A DNA stretch of 64,000 nt from Mobula hypostoma. Taxonomy: Eukaryota. The translations under genes and the position numbers were made by a program. The DNA lies in contig NC_086108.1 of NCBI RefSeq assembly GCF_963921235.1, positions 77,750,001-77,814,000 of the forward strand, in the 5' to 3' direction. The notes beneath the pieces were generated by a model, which was given only the letters and a program-made list of their open reading frames with translations, did not search any database and was not told the DNA's origin. Positions within the stretch are counted from its first letter, which is position 1; every line of letters starts with the position of its first letter. Below are positions 47,350-58,445 of the stretch, one piece after another.

Positions 47350-49800
47350 TTTTTTATTTTAATATAATTTTTATTGAGTTTTCAAAGTAAATACATGAGA
47401 AAATAATATCTACCCTCCCCCCTCCCCTTAACCCTCCCCACCCCCCGATATATACTCCTACCTAAGAAAAAAGAAAAAAAGAAATAAAAAGGAACCGTCT
47501 GAATATTGGAAGGTTTGCACATGCTCCATGGGATTAAAAATAAATTTTATATATATTTGTTACTTTCCCCAAGGAAACAAGATCTTTATCATCGGAGCTG
47601 TAAATAAGGGCTCCAAATATTCAAAAATGTTTCGTATTTATCTCTTAAAATCTAAAACATTACTTAGCTTCTCGACTCTCATAGTTCCCTGGGGAATCTC
47701 TTCGAACTTCACCATGTTGCTATGTGTTTCCCTCCCAATCATCCAGGCAAAAAGAAAAAAAAAGGTAGATAAGATACAAAAAAAGAAAAAACAAAATACC
47801 CCCCTACTAATGTTGTGAATGAAAAGGTACACAACACTACCCCCCTCCATTGTGCGGGTCATGGCTATTGCCACACTTGCACACATGAATAACGTAGCGA
47901 TTGGTCAGTGTTTCTTCCAGCTCCCCGGTAACAAAAAATTGTATATATATAACAAAAAAATTAATATCATCATTCCCAGCTAATATTCCTCAAATTTTAA
48001 CCTTTCTTCCCCTCCCTCATATAATTCATAATATATTTATATATTCATCCGCCTAAAAATCCAACAGGCCTAATCCTTGATCCAGTCTTCAACTTCAATC
48101 CATCTCGTTCCCCTAGGTTTGTTCTTGTATCTGGTGAATATTCAAAGAATCTCACACAACCTCCATCTATAGGAAGAGGCGCAGTCAACGTTTCAGGCCG
48201 AGACCCTTCGTCAGGACTAACTGAAGGAAGAGTGAGTAAGGGATTTGAAAGCTGGAGGGGGAGGGGGAGATGCAAAATGATAGGAGAAGACAGGAGGGGG
48301 AGGGATAGAGCCGAGAGCTGGACAGGTGATAGGCAAAAGGGGATACGAGAGGATCATGGGACAGGAGGTCCGGGAAGAAAGACAAGGTGGGGGGGGGTGA
48401 CCCAGAGGATGGGCAAGAGGTATATTCAGAGGGACAGAGGGAGAAAAAGGAGAGTGAGAGAAAGAATGTGCGCCTCTTCCTATAGATGCTGCTTGGCCTG
48501 CTGCGTTCACCAGCAACTTTGATGTGTGTTGCTTGAATTTCCAGCATCTGCAGAATTCCTGTTGTTCACACAAACTCCTCCGCTTTCTGGTAATCATCAA
48601 AAAATGTTTTTTCTCCATCAGCCAAAAAAATCTTCAAGGTTGCAGGATAACGCAATATAAATTGATAACCGTGATCCCATAGGGCTTTTTTCACTGGATT
48701 AAATTTCTTCCTTCTCTTCAAAAGTTCATAACTTATATCAGGGTAGAAAAAAATTTTCTTCCCTTCTATCATCAGTGGCCCTTTTCTCTTCTTGGCAGCT
48801 TGGACAGCCGCCTGTAGAATCCTTTCTTTGTCTTGAAATCTTAAGAATTTTATGAAAATTGATCATGGATATTGGTCATCTTGTGGTTTTGGTCTTAGAG
48901 CTCTATGTACCCGTTCAATTTCAATTGATCGGTCTTCCTCCTTCATTTGCAAGATTTTCGGAATCCATTTTTGAAAAAATTCTATTGAATTATCTCTCTC
49001 TATACCTTCTTTAAGACCAACAATTTTAATATTATTAAGTCTACTAAAATTTTCCAACACGTCCACTTTCTCCAAGAGTCAATTTCTTTCCGTGTTCCAG
49101 ACAATCACATCATTTTCTGTTTTTTCCACTCTATCGTTAATATGCTCCATTGTTCTTTCCATCTTCTGAAGTTTCTTATCCATTTTATCCTGTCTTTTCA
49201 TAGCTTTATCATAGCACATTCTCACGTCTCTAAGCTCTGTTCTTAATTTTCTTAGTTCAGCCGTTAATTGCAATAAAGCCTCTCTTATGTCTCCGTCATC
49301 TCCTTTACTTCCAGTCTCTTCCAGTTCTTCCTCCTCTTCTTCATCTGTATTCTCTGCGGTATCCAATTCTGACTCTGAGTCACTTTCAGTTGCAGTGGCC
49401 GTCGGTCCTTGTAGTTTAAGTTGTGTCGATTTGTGCGTGCGTACTTCTTTGCGCATGCGCATTTCTGGCATTTTCTTCCGAGAGACCACTACCGCCGCCA
49501 TTGCTCCCTGTTCTTCTATGCCAGAGATAAAATGCATCTCCTCCAAAGGAGATCCAACCTGAATCCAAGGCTCCATCGCTGCAGTAGGCCCTTTTTTCTT
49601 CCCATCTCGCGGCGACTTCACAACAACAGACTTCTTCTGTTGCGGTTTACGAGGCATATCGTAGAGTAGTCTTATGAAGTTTATAAGTAGTTTTCGGAAA
49701 GTATTTATTAACTTTACTTTGTTTAAACGGTACTTTGCTGATTTTTTACGGGAGAGCTGGAATTACACGTCTCAATCCCACGTCATCACGTGACGCCCCC
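47350..49800 (-). mobile_element. L1-clade element retaining 5' UTR, ORF1, 3' UTR and poly(A) but lacking ORF2 (HAL1-like); 15-bp TSD
   Basis: 5' end gggggcgtcacgtgatgacg; ORF1 pieces 49079-49657, 48863-49075, 48566-48772 (coiled coil; ENFSRLNNIKIVGLKEG, IERVHR, FYPDIS); AATAAA plus poly(A) at 47348-47375; acaactggacctctt at 47335-47349 and 49801-49815. Confidence 0.88.
48165..48565. mobile_element. Penelope pseudo-LTR insertion with inverted 3' end, nested at the end of L1 ORF1
   Basis: Minus-strand copy of ~30240-30537 followed by the plus-strand 3' end; short IR atctataggaagaggcgca / tgcgcctcttcctatagat; tcacacaa(c/a)ctcc duplicated on the flanks; hammerhead motif at 48183-48218 (-) with GUU site. 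Confidence 0.88.
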
Positions 49801-50324
49801 ACAACTGGACCTCTTGACCACATCTGCATGCTTTTATGCATTCAGTTGCTGCCACGTGATTGGCTGATTGCATTACTGAGCAGGTGTACAGGTGTACCTA
49901 ATAAAGTAGCCACTGAGTGTATAGGTAATGAGTTTCAGCTATATTGTGACATAACAGTATTCACTTCATTTAAATTTGTCTTCTTCCCTTAGTCTTTCAA
50001 TGTGCATGCATTCACATTGAAAATTTTAGGTAATTTCCAAAGAAATTACCCCACAAGTAAACCCAATATTGTTCCTGCCAGAATGTGGTTGAATTAGAAA
50101 CCCCACCTCAAAAATACACATTTAGTGTTAAACAATTTTGCATGTTGCTTTACTTCCTAAATATCAATGACCTATGAAGCAGAACCAACATATGTTGTAA
50201 ATATGAAATAAGAACAGAAAATGCCAAAATATTCATCTGCTTAGGCAGCAAATCTGGAGAAAGAAACAATAAGACCTTTGATATTATATATTAGCTGCTG
50301 TCATCTCACATTTGGGAAGCTGAA

Positions 50325-50980
50325 GTTGAATTGAATTTAATTGAATTGACTTTATTCCTTACATCCTTCACATACATAAGGAGTAAAAATCTTTGTTAAG
50401 TCTCCGTCTAAATGTGAAATGTGCAATCGTAGTAATTTATAGTAGTTTATAATAATTTATAATAAATAAAACAGTCAATGTAACTTAGAAATACAGCGCG
50501 AGTTAATCAGTCTGATGGCCTGGTGAACGAAGCCTGTTGGTCCTGTCTTTTATGCTGCGGTATCATTTCCTGGATGATAGTAACTGGAATAGATTGTGGT
50601 TGGGGTGACTCGGATCCCAGATGATCCTTCGGGCCCTTTCTTCACACCTGCCTTTGTAAATGTCCTAGATCATGGGAAGTTCATAACTACAGTTGCGCTG
50701 GGTTGTCCGCACCACTCCATGCAGAGTCCTGTGATTAAGGGAGGTACAGTTCCCATACCAGGCAATGATGCAGCCTGTCAGAATGCTCTCAGTTGTGCCC
50801 CTGTAGAAAGTTCTTAGGATTTGGGGGCCCATACCAAACTTCTTTAACCATCTGAGATGAAGGAAGCGCTGTTGTACCCTTTTCACCACATAGCTGATGT
50901 GTACAGACCACGTGAGGTCCTCAATGATGTGGATGCCGAGGAAATTAAAGCTGTTCACCCTCGCAACCCCAGATGATGGA
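50325..50980 (-). mobile_element. Rex1/Babar LINE 3' fragment
   Basis: VNSFNFLGIHIIEDLTW..QQRFLHLRWLKKFG..ESILTGCIIAWYGN; tail (TTCAA)n. Confidence 0.85.
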
Positions 50981-51257
50981 AGAGATATAGTAATGTAACA
51001 AACGTGACTCACACAAAATATTGGAGGAACTCAGCAGGCCAGGCAGCAACTGTGGCACACAAAATGCTGGAGTAACACATTAACAAACTGTGCCAGGGTA
51101 TTGGCACCTGTATACAAATTGTGCACTATTTTAATGACGGTCTCAGATTTGGTGAAAATTACAAGATTGGAGCTAGGTAGCATCATGAAACCACCACTCT
51201 TTTCTGTTTTGATGGCTTGTTGCTCTTGAAAGCACTTTATTGCTTTTGGTCCTAATC

Positions 51258-51786
51258 GTCGTGGCTATCCCTCGAGGTTGAGGATGATGATCTTCGTTCT
51301 GTTGATCTACTTATGAGCTTTCAAGTGGCTTATGAGTCCAACCTTGGCTTTGAAAGCTCTTCTGCATTCAGGACAGGTAGTTCCAGATGGCAGATCGGGC
51401 TTTGGTTGTTGCTGCCTCTCTTTCCATTTTCTTCTCTTTTCTTCTATTTCTGCACATCTGTTGGCTTCGAAAGTTGCTGTTCCTTCTCGGATGATGGCTT
51501 GCCAGAGTTTCCTGTCCTTGGCATTGGTTTCCCAATTGTTGATGTTGATGTTACATTTCTTCATGTTGGCTTTTAAGACATCTTTGAATCTCTTCTGTTG
51601 TCCGCCTCTTTTACGTTCTTCTTTACGCCTTCTTTAAGCTGGGAGTAGAAGATTTGTTTCAGCAGACGTTCATCTTTTATCCGAACAACATGACCACTCT
51701 ATCTTAGTTGGTTCTTGATGACATAGGCTTCAATGCTCGTTGTTTTTGCTTCATTTAGCACACTGACGTTGGTTCTTCTATCTTCC
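51258..51786 (-). mobile_element. RTE-clade LINE 3' fragment flanked by a ~222-bp direct duplication
   Basis: WEDRRTNVSVL..QLR*SGHVVR..KQIFYSQL..GGQQKRFKDVLK..DRKLW..CPECRRAF..GLISHLKAH; repeats at 51035-51257 and 51787-52008. Confidence 0.9.
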
Positions 51787-52057
51787 CAGGCCAGGCAGCA
51801 ATCGTGGCACACAAAATGCTGGAGTAACACATTAACAAATTGTGCCAGGGTATTGGCACCTGTATACAAATTGTGCACTATTTTAATGACTGTCTCAGAT
51901 TTGGTGAAAATTACAAGATTGGAGCTAGGTACCATCATGAAACCGCCACTCTTTTCTGTTTTGATGGCTTGTGCTCTTGAAAGCACTTTACTGCTTTTGG
52001 TCCCAATCACTGCTCATATAATATATATTCTTATTGGACTAAAAATTAGCTTCCTTT

Positions 52058-53217
52058 AAAGATTAGCTTTATTTGTTACATGTACATCAAAATGTCAAGT
52101 CAAGTCGCTTTTTATTGTCATTTCGACCATAAACTGCTGGTACAGTACACAGTAAAAATGAAACAACGTTCCTCCAGGACCATGGTGCTACATGAAACAA
52201 CACAAAACTACACTAGACTAAGTGAGACAACACAAGGCTACACTAGACTACGTAAAACAACACAAAAACTACATTAGACAACAGACCTACACAGGACTAC
52301 ATAAAGTGCACAAAACAGTGCAGGGCAGTACAATAAATCATAAACAAGACAATAGGCACAGTAGGCATATCGAAACATACAGTGGAAAATGTCAATTGTG
52401 TCAAACCCAGTCAGCAGGGATTGTGCTGGAGACAGTCCGCAATTGTCACCACGCTTCTGGGACCAATGTACACCACTTACTAACCCTAACCTAAAGTCTT
52501 TGGAATGTGAGAGGAAACCCTTGTGGTCACAGGGAGAACATTACAGGAGCAGTGAGAATTGAACCCAGGTAGGTTAGATTATTAGATTAGATTAGATTAT
52601 GAGGACACGCAGTCCTCTTTTATTGTCATTGAGTAATGCATACATTAAGAAATGATACAATATTCCTCCAGTGTGATATCACAAAAACATAGGACAGATC
52701 AAGACTGAAAAACTAACAAAAACCACATAATTATAACCTATAGTTACAACAGTGTAACAATACCATAACTTAATGAAGCACAGGCCATGGCACAGTAAAA
52801 AAGTTCAAAGTCTCTCGAATGTCCACATCTCACGCAGATGGGAGAAGAAAGAAAACTCTTCCTGCCATGCTCGACCACAGTCCGACTCTGAGTCGTCCGA
52901 AAACTTCGAGCCTCCGACCAGCCCTCCGACACCGAGTACCAAGCACTATCCGAACGATTCGACCTCAGCCTCGGTCGCCAGCAACAGGCAAAGCCTGGAA
53001 TTTTGGGGCCTTCCCTCCAGAAGATTCCCGATCGCCCAGTAACAGCAGCAGCGAAATGGCATTTCAGAAATTTCTCCATATGTTCCTCTGTGCCTTCACG
53101 TCTGTCTCCATCAAATCAGAGTTGTCCATGGCCCCTACTTAACAGAAATGATATCATTTTCAGGTGATTGATGGCATTGTAAAATAATGTGCTAACTGCT
53201 ATCTACCATTCTGCCCT
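52058..53217 (-). mobile_element. Old tRNA-derived SINE interrupted by a Rex1-like tail (52094-52366) and by the element at 52571-53160
   Basis: SINE core 'tctttggaatgtgagaggaaacc', B-box reverse complement 'attgaaccc', head resumes at 53161 with caggt duplicated. Confidence 0.6.
52571..53160 (-). mobile_element. Non-autonomous (AATCT)n-tailed retroelement, slightly 5'-truncated
   Basis: Reverse complement of most of 56760-57411. Confidence 0.85.
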
Positions 53218-53424
53218 CGCTGGTAATATTCCTCTGTCAAAACTTCTGTAATTTCTGTGCAAGGGCTACGCCATGTGCAAAGATCCACGCACAGGCATCT
53301 TCCACCTGTCTAAAAATAGATTGGCAGCAAATTACCCTCGATTCTGAACCCTAATTCGTTACAGACAGCGAAGAGTTTTAATGTAGAAGATACAACCAAT
53401 AAAGGGAAAGAAATATTTCGGGAA

Positions 53425-56073
53425 CACTCATAACACGCTGGAGGAACTCAGCAGGTCGGGCAGCATCCATGGCAAAGATCGGTCGACGTTTCGGGCTGGA
53501 ACCCTTCGTCAGGACTGTAGGGGGAAGGGGCAGAGGCCCTATAAAGAAGGTGGGGGGAGAGTGGGAAGGAGAAGGCAGGTAGGTTCCAGGTGAAGAACCA
53601 GTAAGGGGAAAGATAAAGGGGTGGGGGAGGGGAGGCAGGGAGGTGATAGGCAGGAAAGATGAAGAAGGAATAGGGGAAAACACAATGGGTAGCAGAAGGA
53701 GGCAGAACCATGAGGGAGGTGATAGGCAGCTGGGGGAGGGGGCAGAGTGACATAGGGATAGGGGAAGGGAGGGGGAGGGATTTACCGGAAGTTGGAGAAT
53801 TCTATGTTCATACCAAGAGGCTGGAGACTACCTAGACGGTATATGAGGTGTTGCTCCTCCAACCTGAGTTTAGCCTCATCATGGCAGTAGAGGAGGCCAT
53901 GTATGGACATATCTGAATGGGAGTGGGAAGCAGAGTTGAAGTGGGTGGCTACTGGGAGATCCTGTCTGTTTTGGCGTACGGAGCGGAGGTGCTCGACGAA
54001 GCGGTCCCCCAATCTGTGTCGGGTCTCACCGATGTAGAGGAGGCCGCACCAGGAGCACCGGATGCAATAGATGACCCCAACAGACTCACAAGTGAAGTGT
54101 TGCCTCACTTGGAAGTACTGTTTGGGGCCCTGAATGGTGGCAAGAGAGGAGGTGTAGGGACAGCTGTAGCACTTGCGCTTACAGGGATAAGTGCCAGGTG
54201 GGAGATCCGTGGGGAGGGACGTGTGGACCAGGGAGTCGCGGAGGGACCGATCCCTGCGGAAGGCGGAGAGGGGTGGAGAGGGAAAGATGTGCTTAGTGGT
54301 GGGGTCCTGTTGAAGGTGGCGGAAGTTGCGGAGGATAATGTGTTGGATCCGGAGGCTAATGGGGTGGTAGGTGAGGACAAGGGAAACTCTGTCCCTGTTG
54401 TGGTGGCGGGAGGATGGGGCGAGAGCCGAAGTGTGGAAAATGGAGGAGATGCGGGTGAGGGCATCATTGATGACAGCAGAAGGGAAACCACGATCCTTAA
54501 AGAAAGAGGACATTTGAGATGTCCTGGAACGGAAAGCCTCATCCTGGGAGCAGATGCGGCGGAGACGGAGGAACTAGGAATAGGGAATGGCATTTTTGCA
54601 TGTGGTGGGGTGGGAAGAGGTATAGTCAAGGTAGTTATGAGAGTCAGTGGGCTTGTAGAAGATGTCAGTGGACAGTCTGTCTCCAGAGATGGAGACCGAG
54701 AGATCGAGAAAGGGGAGAGAAGTGTCCGAGATAGACCAAGTGAATTTGAGGGCTGGGTGGAAGTTAGAAGTAAAGTTGATGAAATTGACAAGCTCAGCAT
54801 GGGTGCAGGAAGCAGCACCAATGTAGTCGACAATGTACCGAAGGAGAAGTTGGGGAGCAGTACCAGAATAGGTTTGGAGCACAGACTGTTCCACATAACC
54901 AACGAAGAGGGCCTATGCCAGTTCCCATAGCTACACCCTTGGTCTGAAGAAAGTGGGAAGAGCCAAAAGAGAAGCTATTGAGTGTGAGAACCAAGTCCGC
55001 CAACTGGAGGAGGGTAGTGGTGGTGGGGAACTGGTGAGGTCTATCATCCAGAAAGTAGTGGAGGGCTTTGAGGCCTTCTTCATGGGGAATGGAGGTGTAT
55101 AGGATTGGACATCCATAGTGAAAATGAAGCGGTTGGGACTGGGGAACTGGAAGTTATTGAAGAGGTGGAGAGCATGGGATGTATCCCGGATGTAGGTGGG
55201 GAGAGACTGAACTATGGGTAACAAAATGGAGTCCAGGTAGGCAGATACAAGTTTGGTGGGACAGGAGCAGGCAGAAACTATGGGTCTGCCGGGATAGTCA
55301 GGCTTGTGGATCTTGGGGAGGAGGTAAAACCGAGCGGTACGGGGTGTGGGAATTATGAGTTTAGTGGCTGAGGATGGAAGGCCTTCAGAGTTGATAAGGG
55401 CGGTGATGGTACGGGAGACAATGGTTTGATGTTTTTTGGTGGGGTCCTGTTCCAGGGGTAAGTAAGAGGAGCTGTCAGAGAGCTGCCGCCAAAACAGACA
55501 GGATCTCCCAGTAGCCACCCACTTCAACTCTGCTTCCCGCATTCAGATATGTCCATACATGGCCTCCTCTACTGCCATGATGAGGCTAAACTCAGGTTGG
55601 AGGAGCAACACCTCATATACTGTCTAGGTAGTCTCCAGCCCCTTGGTATGAACATAGAATTCTCCAACTTCTGGTAATTCCCTCCCCCTCCCTTCCCCTA
55701 TCCCTATGTCCCCTCTGCCCCCTCCCCCAGCTCCCTGCCACCTCCCTCTTGGTTCCGCCTCCTTCTACTACCAATTGTGTTTTCCCCTATTCTTTCTTCA
55801 CCTTTCCTGCCTATCACCTCCCTGCCTCCACTCCCCCATCCCTTTATCTTTTCCCTTACTGGTTCTTCACCTGGAACCTACCAGCCTTCTCCTTCCCACC
55901 CTCCCCCCGCCTTCTTTATAGGGCCTCTGCCCCTTCCCCCTACAGTCCTGAGGAAGGGTTCCGGCCCGAAACGGCGACCGATCTTTTCCATGGATGCTGC
56001 CCAACCTGCTGAGTTCCTCCAGCGTGTTGTGAGTGTTGCTTCGACCCCAGCATCTGCAGATTATTTTGTGTTT
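53425..56073 (-). mobile_element. Penelope-like element (second subfamily) with inverted pseudo-LTR; 13-bp TSD
   Basis: Minus-strand PKIHK..GRPIVS, MDVQS, GVAMG, VIYCIRCSWCGLLYIGET; ~550-bp inverted arms 53425-53976 and 55487-56037; aatatttcgggaa at 53412-53424 and 56074-56086. Confidence 0.95.
53481..53517 (-). ncRNA. Minimal type I hammerhead ribozyme motif
   Basis: gtc-CTGACGA-agggttccagccc-GAAA-cGTC-gac; the partner in the other arm (55944-55979 +) has GGC instead of GUC. Confidence 0.7.
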
Positions 56074-56419
56074 AATATTTCGGGAAATTTCTTTCACCTT
56101 CTTAAAACTGTACTATTTGTTATGTGTGCCTCTGCTCCTCACAAGTGGTTTAATTCACATTTCTTCTTCAGGATTTCTTCTTCTGAGTAGATTGTGTTGA
56201 TACACCAAAGAGAGGATGTGAATTGGCTTTGTGCTCAGTAAACCTAGGGGTCAACACAATGCGGCATAATATTTTCTTTGTACTTGAGAGTGGTATCTTG
56301 TAGAATCACCTACATTAAAACAATGACTTACTCTTCAAAAATACATCACTGGCTGATGAGCATTGGGGAAGTTCTGAGAGAGACATGAAAGGTGCACATC
56401 TTCTGTTCTCTGTTCTATT

Positions 56420-57865
56420 GTGTGGCATACTGGCATAGCTAATGGAATTGTTGTCTCACAGCTCCATCAGTCTGAGTTCAATCCCATACTCACTGGAGTT
56501 CAGAATACTGAGGGAGGGTCTCATTGAAACCTATAGAATATCGGAAGGTCTAGAGAGGGTGAACATAGAGAGGATGCTTCCAATAGTGAGTGAGAATAAA
56601 AGGACATTCCTTTAGAACAGAGATGAGGTGGAATTTCTTTAGCCAGATGGTGGTGAATCTGTGAAATTCTTTGCCAATGACTGCTATGGAGGCCAAATCA
56701 TTGAGTATATCATTGGGAGGAGAGGAGAAGATGGCGACGCGACGCAGCGTGCGCGGCCGCTCCAAAATGATATCGTATTTGTTAAATAGGGGCCATGCAC
56801 AATCCTGATTTGTTGGAGACAGACGTGAGAAGCACGGAGGAACATCTGGAGAAACTTCTGAAATGCCCGGTTTGCTGCCGCTGCTACTGTGCGATCGAGA
56901 ATCTCCGGAGGGAAGGCCCCAAATCCTCGGCTTTGCCTATTGCCTGTTGCCGGGGCCGGGGGTCGAAGCGCTCAGCAGAGATGGTGTTCGGTACTCTGTG
57001 TCGGAGGACTGGTCGAAGGCTTGAAGTTTTCAGGCGGACAGAAGAGTCGGCTGTGGTCGGGTGCTTCCAGGGTGCTGCATCAGCAAGTTTGCGGTGCTGG
57101 AGGTTCATGGCAGGGAGAGTTTTTTTTCTTCCTTCTACCGTCTGCATGAGATGAGAGGACTTTCAAGAGACTTTGAGACTCTTTTTTTTACCGTGCCCAT
57201 GGTCTGTTCTTTATCAAATTACAGTATTGCTTTGCACTGTTGTGACTATATGTTATAATTATGTGGTTTTTGTCAGTTTTTCAGTCTTGATTTGTCTTGT
57301 GTTTCTGTGATACCATTCTGGAGGAACATTGTATCATTTCTTAATGCATGCATTACTAAATGACAATTAAAGAGGACTGCGTGTCCTCATAATCTAATCT
57401 AATCTAATCTAATATTTAAAGCAGAGGTTGATAGGTGCTTGATTAGTAAGGGAAACAGAGATTATGGGGAGAAGGCAGAAGAATGGGGTTGAGAGGGAAA
57501 ATAAATCACCCATGATTGAATGGTGGTGCAGACTTGATGGGCCAAATGTCTTAACTCTACTCCTATGACTTGCAATCTTTTTTTACATCCCAAAATCCTG
57601 GGGGTTGATAGATAGATTAACAACTATAAATTGCCCCTAGTGTGTAAATTAGTGTGAGGTGGGAGTTAATGGGAATGTTGGAAGAATTAACATTCTTATA
57701 GCTTAAGAATATAAGCTATATTTTTATATAGCTTATAAGAATATATAAACTATATATAGGTTATATATAGCTTAAGGTTTGACCGGTGCAAATGGATGCT
57801 TGATGTTCTGCAAGAATTTGGTCAGGCAAACAGCCTATTTCTGTGCTCTCCATGACTCTATGACA
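56420..57865 (+). mobile_element. HE1-like SINE split by a CR1 3' fragment (56490-56710 + 57412-57580)
   Basis: Head with 'gagttcaatcc' at ~56474; CR1 'tcactggagttcagaa..gtggtgaatctgtg'; SINE resumes 'catcccaaa..aaattgcccctagtgtgt'. Confidence 0.65.
56711..57411 (+). mobile_element. Full-length non-autonomous retroelement with CpG-rich head and (AATCT)n tail
   Basis: AAGATGGCG at 56728-56736, no ORF of known homology, tail aatctaatct; second copy at 52571-53160. Confidence 0.85.
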
Positions 57866-57994
57866 GCACATTTTGGTACATTTCTTCCAACTCCGTCAAA
57901 GTTGATATCTCATGTACAATCAATGCAATTGTGGTTGTGTTATTGAGTAGACTGAATGGCAATACATGGCATAAAGCACTTATTTGAGTCAATA

Positions 57995-58445
57995 TCAAAA
58001 CAGAAAATTCTCGATCAGGTCAAGTAGCATCTATGAAAAGAGAGCCAGATTTAATGTTCCACTTTGAAGCCTCTTCATCAGAACCGGGAAGAAGGGAAAA
58101 TGAGGTAGTTTTAATAACAGATAGGGCAAAGGGAATTTCTCTGAAAGAGTGATGTCAAGTTTGCCGTCAGGTTAACTTACACAAATCATTCAATAGATGG
58201 GTTAATGGGAAAGAGTTAGAGAGAAAATGGACAAGAGCTATGAAATGACAACAGCTAGTCTCAGAGGTAATCCTTTTGCCCTAGCCTTCTCTCCCCTACC
58301 TTCACTGCAAATTAAAGCTAACTTTTTTTCTCTCTTTCCCATTTCTGACAAAGGGTCTTCACTTGAAATATTTATTATTCTTTTTCTTCTACTGTGTTTT
58401 CAGACTTTTCGGTTATTTATTCAGATTTCCAACATCTGCCACTTT
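57995..58445. mobile_element. Old Penelope-derived inverted remnant
   Basis: 'tcaggtcaagtagcatctatg..cttcatcagaac' on the left and 'ttctgacaaagggtct..cagatttccaacatctgc' on the right. Confidence 0.5.

Larger units (their letters stand above)
46907..49919 (-). mobile_element. Non-autonomous Tc1-like element (46907-47349 + 49801-49919), TA TSD, split by L1
   Basis: TIR cactcagt(gg)c.actttattag at both ends with flanking TA; minus-strand transposase N-terminus MGKKCDLSNFDHAMIVVA..SISETADLL..NERGQRRMTRLV. Confidence 0.85.

Noticed and set aside
48566..49657. Domesticated L1TD1-like host gene
   Set aside because: Frameshifted and enclosed by a TSD and poly(A) inside another transposon, so it is a mobile-element copy.
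51035..52008. LTR retrotransposon or TRIM
   Set aside because: The repeats lack TG...CA ends, PBS/PPT and an outer TSD, and the interior is a non-LTR RTE 3' end.
52480..52494. Interstitial telomeric repeat (ctaaccctaacc)
   Set aside because: Only two units, lying within a SINE body.
53917..54930. 337-aa G/V/E-rich plus-strand ORF
   Set aside because: Antisense to the C-rich Penelope ORF; strand compositional bias explains the lack of stops.
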